From the NCBI RefSeq assembly GCF_964204645.1, contig NC_134030.1, positions 18,684,210 through 18,748,209 on the forward strand: DNA of 64,000 nucleotides, in the 5' to 3' direction. A model generated the notes under the pieces. It did not search any database. It was not told the DNA's origin and saw only the letters and a program-made list of their open reading frames with translations. Origin of the DNA: Tubulanus polymorphus (Eukaryota > Animalia > Nemertea). Of this stretch, positions 55,860 through 64,000 are shown one piece after another. Numbering within the stretch: position 1 is the stretch's first letter; every line of letters begins with the position of its first letter. The translations under genes were made by a program, and so were the position numbers.

Positions 55860-58800
55860 ATGGATCGATAAGGAGCGCTGTTTCTAGCGTCGCTGATCGT
55901 CTGGCGCGTTAACATCGCACACGCTGATCTGTCTGACTCTGTGACGATCAGTTCGTCTTGTAACAACACTTGGTACCCCGTCGATTCTACGTCCGGTTAC
56001 ATCGTTTCACCGAATTACCCGTCGTTAACGCGCGGTGTTGAATGTCGTTGGTTCGTCAACAGCTCTTTACCGGGAACTTTCAACATCAAACTATACTACG
56101 ACATCGAGCCGTCGATATTCTGTAGTGCTGACTACCTTCTCGTTGATGGTTCGGATAACAGATTCTGCGGCGAAGGAGAATATGGCATCCGCCGTAACGG
56201 TTTGATCTCGCCGTTGTTGTTTAGGAGTAACGTCGATGGTGCGCGAGGCAGTCGGGTTTATATAACATATCGTTATGAACGAAATCGATTGAAAGTCAGC
56301 TGTGGTTTGACATTTACTACTCCCAGATTCAAGGAAATTATTACATCGGAGGGATACAAATATTCTATAAGCCATCTAGAGAATTGTCGTCCGTTCCTGG
56401 AATGGATGGGGATGCCATATGGTTTCGCGATGAACCTGACTTTGGTCAAGATTAGGGTTAGAATGGAATTTCTTGCTGATCCCGCGACGACTGGTAAAAT
56501 CTACGACGGATGGAACAGCAGCAGTGAACCTATAGCTCTCATACCAGTACAAACCGGTCATCCAGCTTCATCATTCTATACTAAGACAAGTAAAACTATT
56601 ATCTCTCTGCTTGAATATAAACTGAATTTCGATTTTCAACTTTTGGTTCAGATGTATAAAATATCAGATTGGAACGTCACTAATCCGTTAATCCAAATCT
56701 CTAATGACGAGTCTGGAGTGCTCATTCCTGATGACAACAGTTTACACGTAATAACCCGATCGAAACACTTACACTGCTGGTCTATCACAGTGCAGGTGTT
56801 ACCGTACGTCGTCTTCAACTGGACACGTGATCTCAGCATATCCGGTGACGTCATTGGTGTATATAAACTAGAAGGGTTACGCGTTGTAGGAACTGATATT
56901 TTACTCGGTTACAACTACCTGGAATCACTGAGTGTTAAATCTGACGGCTTTCTCGTAATACTGTGCGTTTTGATGAGCGCTGATGTGATGATGTCGAAAC
57001 TAGAAATATCCTACAAAATCAATTCACTAACAATAGGTTATTTACACGTTGGGAAATCAGTGGTAAGTACTTCGTCGTGATATCTGTATTGTCGGTATTT
57101 ACTTCACGATATTAAACTGCGTTCAGCAATTATTTCTTTCGAAAAATTAAAATGATGATGAAATGTAAGATTATTTCACATCGATATGTATCCTGTGCAC
57201 GTTTAGTTTTAATGAAATGCACCCATCCAAATTGTCGTTCATATGAATCTACTTTTTGAAACGTACAACGAGCATATAATATTTTAAGAAGCGATGGAAC
57301 GTTCATATGATGTTGTTTGTTGTCACAGGTACGCGACCCGCAGGAATGTTTACAATCATTCAGGCTATTTCCGTTTGTAAAAAGAAAAACGTTGACCTAT
57401 CGAGTGATCGAACATAAGTTGAAATGGCGAGTGGAAATATCGGAAAAACGATTTCAACAGGCTGTCTTATCGAGAAACTGCGAGCGAGCTGGATTTTATA
57501 TATATGATGGTGGTAATTTTACAGCTAGACGCTATGGTCCGTATTGTCCTGGTGATACCTATGGTCGGCCCGTCGTCAAGTTGATTACATCAGGAGGATC
57601 GGTTACTGTAGTAGGATACGCCTACGACTGGGATAATCAGCTAACAGTCAAGACTAACAAACTTTCATGTATCATGCTTCGCGCTACTGATTGTGACGGG
57701 TATGTGTTTAAGGACGGAGAAAATCAGCTCAAAACGACGTCAGACTGTATCGTGATTCTACCCGAAAACCGACGTCTTCGTTTAAGAAACATTTACATAT
57801 TATCAGACCGCGAATATCAAATTGATCGATGTGCTCCGGAATATTTTATATACGTCGCGTGCCGGCCCTATATGAATATCAGCAGTAGTTTTATTACGGG
57901 AAATACCTCAACAAGAACTGTGTTAAACAAGGTATCATTTATTAGTCCTCATCCTTTTTTGACACCTGAGCGATTTATCAAACTGAGACGAAAGTGCTAT
58001 ATGACAAAAAGGGCCGGTCATAGCGGTTTAGTCCCTAAGGATGTGTGTGGACTTGTGCAATCGCCGAACTATCCGGGACCTGCCGGAATTACTGTTCAAA
58101 GAATATTCTATGCAGTCATTTATAAATATCATTACGGAAAATTTCGTTATTACAAATTTGTAATCAAATACATTGAAATGATTGAATGCGTTAAACAATC
58201 CAGATACTCTAAAGAAGCAGTGTTGTTCGTACAATACGTAAGTGGAAAATTTACTAAAACCGAACACAAACAAACAATCTGTGGACGACACGCAGGGCAT
58301 ATACTTTACAGTCTGATGGCGTCCACACATGAGTTTCAAGTGACCAACAGAATCCCAACATTTCGGATACAATACATTCTACAAGAATCATTCCCAATAA
58401 AAGACCACGAGAATAAGTGTGAGGCGGGATTTCTATATTCGGGAATTTCATGCGTGAAATACATCACGGATGAACGATTGAATTGGGAGAATGCTGAATT
58501 GTACTGCAGACAGAAGTATGCGGGACATCTACTAAGTATCAACTCAGAACAGGAGATGAATTCCATTAAAACGTTATTTGCTACAAAGCTTCTTTTAACT
58601 GCATATTCGAAGAGAGCACTCATTGTGTTGATTGGATTGAAAAAACAGGTAAATCTAATTTAAGTTGCATAAAGGTATTGATAACATTATCGGGAGTTGG
58701 GATCTCAGAAGAAGACATTTACGGGGGAATTAACGGCCTCAAGTCTTAACGGTCAAGTTTAATTTCGGCACTAACTGTTATTAGCCAATAATTTAGTTCG

Positions 58801-61800
58801 TACCAGACATTACGCATATTACTTTACAATTCTCTTTTTAGCCTGAAACCAGCTTTTACACGTGGACTGACGGCAAACCGTTGAGTTACACAGAGTGGTA
58901 TAAACCAATAAATAACGACACGATACCGGACGTACTTCAAGGGTTGATATCTTATGAAAGAAAACAACCGACAAATGACGTGAATATGCCGTGTACAGCG
59001 ATGATACTGAATAATCCACGAGGATCAGCGAACTGGGTTCGATTCCCGTGTCAAATAGAAGAGGTTCACGTGCGATTCTTTTGTGAATCGGAAAGAAATG
59101 ATATCAATAAAAGTATGGCTGGGATAGAAAATGATTCAAAACATAATATGATATCCCAAATTAAACAAGGTATTTTGAATAACAATACGCTGAATACAAT
59201 GTGTGCAATAGGTTGGTTAGGTATAGATGGACAGTGTTATCAGGTACTGACACGTTGGGAAAATAAGGAAACTTTTGACGTGGTTAGTGCAAGAGAAATG
59301 TGCCGTGAGGTACCGCGGGGAAATAGGTATAATACAGGACTTGACGCAAGCCAAGGAGATGATTTTCAGATTTCGTTATCCGCATCAATATGGCGCTATA
59401 TTAACTTTGGATTCTAGCAAGCAGTGGATGATAATGAAGCCATTTGTTACCAGAGATGAAATTACTTACGATCAGTCGGTTAATTGGGTAATGATACCCT
59501 GGGAAAATGCAAAAGACAAAATCCATTCTGTTTTGTGTTCCTATAATGTAACTGATGAAGAGTTGGCTTCTTTAAGTGGTTGTAAATCTTGGCAGTTTAA
59601 ATGTAACGATCAAAGATGTATCAGCGACCATCGCGTATGTGATACCAGACACGACTGTCGACACGGCGAAGATGAACTCAGTTGTACGGATATAAATTCA
59701 TACAGTCAGTTTCAATGCTTTGATGGTGAGATTGTTTCAATAAGTGGTTACTGTGATTTCATACAGGATTGTGTGGATGGTTCTGATGAGAATTCGTGTT
59801 TTCATCGCCCGTGTTTGTCCGAGGAATTTCGTTGCATCAGTGGTCAATGTGTCAGTGGGTCGAACAGATGTGACGGAGTAGCTAATTGTAAAGACAACTC
59901 CGATGAAATTGAATGCACCTCTCAACTATGTCAGGGGTTCCTATGTAACAGTGGGGACTGTATCAGTTCTCAGTTGTATCAGGATGGAGTCGTGGATTGT
60001 ACTGGAACTCTTGAGGAAGATGAATTAGTTACGAATCCTTATATTACAGTGAATCCTACGATATATTGCAATATTGAACACCACTGTACGACTAACTTCA
60101 CAAATCTCTGTACAGAATCTAATGAACAAAGATGTTCTTTCGATTCTCCTCATTGCTATTCTAGACGTCACAGGTGTATTCTAGAACGAATGACAAATGG
60201 TTTCCCAGTTTGTAGAAACCTTGAGCACGTATTGAAATGTGAAGAATTTGTATGCCCAGTTGGTACAGTGAAATGTCCAGCATCGTACTGTATACCTATC
60301 AGACAGGTGTGCGATGGTCGGTCAGATTGTCCTAATTCAGAAGACGAGCGAAACTGCGAGACTTTGTCATGTCCGGGAATGTTTAAATGTAGCCAGGAAA
60401 ATCGATGTATTCCACAGACTGAAGTTTGTGATGGTGTTGTGAATTGTAAACATACAACTGATGACGAGGCTTTCTGTAACGTCACGTGTCCTAAAGGTTG
60501 TGAATGTCAAGGGCATTCGATCGAATGCAACAATTCTCGGCTAACAGATGTAAATGGAATTTTCCAAGCATCAACGCGAATTTTAATTTTGTCAAATAAC
60601 CAAATTGTCTTGGACGTCTTTACATTTTCCCAATACGTTTATCTCCACATGCTCAACCTCACCGCCAATGAATTGTCTTACCTTTTACCAAACTCGTTCA
60701 AGAACCTGCATAACTTACATACATTAGACCTCACGCACAATAACATAACATCATTATCCACAAATACGTTTACTGGTCTGTATAGTTTGAAAGAGTTATT
60801 CATAACTGAAAACCCACTACGTCGTTTAGAGGATGACACCTTCCAAGATTTAAAGTCACTTCAAGTTCTTGATCTTCATGGACTTTCCTTGTTCGTGCTT
60901 GACAAATTCGTATTTAGAGGTCTATCTTCTTTACGATCGTTGAATATCAGTGGTAACAGAATACGTCGTATTTCACTATACGCATTTTTTGGATTAACTA
61001 CACTTGAGACCCTCGATATAACCGATAATTACAAAGTCATTTCTGTAGATAGACAAGTTTTTGACAATGTAACGACATTAGCATTCCTAACGTCTGATGC
61101 TTATAAATTTTGCTGCATGGCTCCGAATGTTGACCAGTGCCTTCCCGAAGCTGATCAATTTTCCTCCTGTTCAGATCTTATTGGGAATACAGCTCTCAGA
61201 GCTATCATCTGGGTCATCGCTTCATGTAGTTTCTTTGCTAACGGATTTGTCATTTCCCTTCGCATTCGAGCGATTCGATTCTCCTCCTCAAATCCATCCT
61301 CAGACATCATCATTATAAACGTTGCTTTATGTGATTTTATGATGTCTATATATTTGTTTCTGATCGCTGGAGCCGATTACATATATAAGGGAATCTACTT
61401 TCTCCATTCAGAATCGTGGACGGACAGTGCGCTGTGTCGTCTTGCCGGGGTCGTGGTATCTATTTCGTGTGAAGGCTCATTGATATTCTTGCTCATAATG
61501 ACGCGTCATAGATATTCAAATATCGTTAATCCTTTTTCTGTGAGCCTGATTACATCTCCGAGATACGTGTCCATTATTTGCTGTATATGTTGGGTTGTCC
61601 TGGGCATTATTGCAATACTACCTCTTACACCTGTCCCGTACTTCGGAAGCAATTTCTACGGCGCTACAGGGGTTTGTTTACCTATGAATTTGATTTCCAT
61701 TGATGTCGATGCCTGGCATTATTCGTTCATTATTTTTTCTCTGTCTACGTCAGTCATACTTGCTACGATAATGGTGACTTACGCGCAAATGTACAGGCTT

Positions 61801-62091
61801 GTATCTGGAAGCAGGTCTGGTTCAGGAAGAGGTGATCCTACCGAACTGATTTTGGCCCGCAGAAGTTTGGTGATAAATCTTTGTAATGTAATTTGCTGGT
61901 TACCGTTAATTATCGTTCAGTTTTGCGCGGTATTTCGGGTGGAAATACCGAATCAGGTAGCGGCTTGGCTTGGGGTTCTTTTCTTACCAATCAACTCGTC
62001 CCTTAATCCCTTTTTATATACAATACTGACTATTGATATAAAGTCCATACGAGCAAAAGCTATGCGCCAAATGAATTGGGTGAACAAATGA
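55860..62091 (+). pseudogene. GRL101: GRL101-like GPCR copy F; exons 55860..57062, 57329..58648, 58842..62091
   Basis: ATG GAT CGA TAA: stop at codon 4 (55869-55871); +1 frameshift at ~59313 (gaggtaccgcggg); otherwise complete. Confidence 0.9.
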
Positions 62092-62178
62092 AACATCTAG
62101 ATTCCTTTCGCATAAGAATGCTGCATTTTTCTTTATATTCAACACAATTCTAGTTCTTGTAGTAGTCATACGCATGGT

Positions 62179-62442
<264 letters not shown>

Positions 62443-63341
62443 CGTTCTTTTTAGTCATAACTAACACTATATATACCCTTTCTTTTATATATATACTCGT
62501 CACGGATGAGATATATAGATTAACGGGTCACAGGCCCCGGATCGGTGGTACACTCCTGAAGTTTGTAGATAGATAACTATCAATAAACCATTTTACAGTC
62601 GCTAGCCGCTATTTTGTTAGGGTACTTTTGTCCGGTAATGTTGGGTAGTTTCTCTTTTTTTTTAAATCCAATTGTGATGCGTGTTTTATCATATTTCATC
62701 GGTTTGTAGATGGATTTTGACAGTGTTAGTAGGGCCTGGCTAGTATTTCAGCTATGTAAAATTCATTTGCAACATGAGATTGATATAGAAATCCGTGGCC
62801 AGTTTTTGCTGCGCGCATAGAAATTCAGGGTACCCAACTTTAAAGCTAGTTTTTTCTTAAAGTAAATTTCCTTAAATTCTAGGAACTGTGCGCATTAACA
62901 CAATTCAAGTGGAATTCATAGATATCTTGCCCAGTTTTTGTTGTTCTATGATTATTTAACTGCAGCGCGTCTATTGACATTCCGAGTTTCTGCGCTGTTT
63001 CAACTTTGTGTATTTTAGAATAAGGTGTTACTTGTTCTCATTTTCTGCTGTACCCGCAGATTGCAGCCAGCAAAATGACCCTTTACAATAACTGATATCC
63101 CAAGGTCACTTCGACTTAGTCTCAAATTTTATGTGATAATCAAGCTAGTTTAGGCCTACCAGGGGTGCAATCATGTCGTCCACCAATCCGTCTACGAGAG
63201 AGGAGCGTATCGATCTGATTGTCAGCGTTAAAAAAAACGAACAGAGATTCGACTAATTAGATGTTAAATGGTGTTTTTATTGGATGTCATCTCGATGATA
63301 ATAGCAGAGAAACTGACAATTGCTTTCAAGCAATTTAACAC

Positions 63342-63527
63342 TCAATACTCGTCCCACGGACATTTTTCATGACAGGTACTTGGACAGTTTGCTTGGCAGG
63401 CATCCTTTTGTGCGGCGGGTGTTCGACATTTTACCCAGCAATTGTTGAGACAGATTTGACAATAATCAGGCTGCGCTGAATCAGCGCCACTAGCGACCAT
63501 TGCGACCAGAGCTAAAACTACCAGAAA
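63342..63527 (-). CDS. Secreted 8-Cys peptide, copy 5, exon 2 (exon 1 beyond window end)
   Basis: Exon matches copy 1, with acceptor ctctttttcag and TGA at 63342-63344. Confidence 0.8.
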   Translation of the reverse strand, partial: FLVVLALVAMVASGADSAQPDYCQICLNNCWVKCRTPAAQKDACQANCPSTCHEKCPWDEY

Positions 63528-64000
63528 CTGAAAAAGAGTATATTGTTACCAGAGCTGTACTTCCGCGGCTTATCAATGATGATTCCACAGTGGCTGCTCG
63601 CTCGAGAGTTCCACGCGTGCCAAGGGCTGACCCACAAGGTAAAATATTGTGCAGTAGGACATAAACCACTTTGGCAATAGAGGATTCTACTTGTGGCAAG
63701 TAGGGTCCACCAGGTGTCACTAGTGTGCAACTACTGTGGCGATAGTTCAAGATCCCACAGTGAAAAAGAAATCGATGAAAATAAAATAACAAAAGAATAT
63801 AGCTGCAAACGACGATAACGGGTTTTCTGCCAAAATAAATGTTTTAGTCGGGGATTCGAGCCAAATATGATGACTATATTATATCGCGATGTAAGCCTTA
63901 AAATCACCTTCGATATCACAGGATTAGAACGTTCACTATACGCGACACAATTCTATTTGTAGCGAATTCAAGTCATAGACGGCGGTGTCTTATTTTAACA

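Overview
AT-rich eukaryotic (invertebrate, probably lophotrochozoan; taxon not provable from sequence) DNA dominated by a tandem array with a ~10.2-kb unit. Each unit has two convergent genes. (i) A + strand three-exon gene (exons ~1.2, 1.3 and 3.2 kb; phase-0 GT-AG introns) for a ~1,930-aa GRL101/LGR-type GPCR: signal peptide, several CUB-like domains, 2 C-type lectin domains, ~7 LDLa repeats, LRRs and a rhodopsin-class 7TM. (ii) A - strand two-exon gene that the ORF track mostly misses, encoding a 66-aa secreted 8-Cys peptide (MLSSK|FLVVLALVAMVASGADSAQPDYCQICLNNCWVKCRTPAAQKDACQANCPSTCHEKCPWDEY). All six receptor copies (A-F) are disrupted, each by different lesions (3' deletion, frameshifts, nonsense codons, a 2.66-kb TIR transposon). 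All five peptide copies are open with an identical Cys core. Copy C is a divergent, mosaic paralogue and is followed by a different, pseudogenised secreted-precursor gene. The unique spacer (25-32.7 kb) holds a tRNA-like LTR fragment, 12-bp and 33-bp satellites, and a decayed Polinton/Maverick-type PolB gene with a nested TTAA (Kolobok-like) MITE and a ~460-bp inverted duplication.
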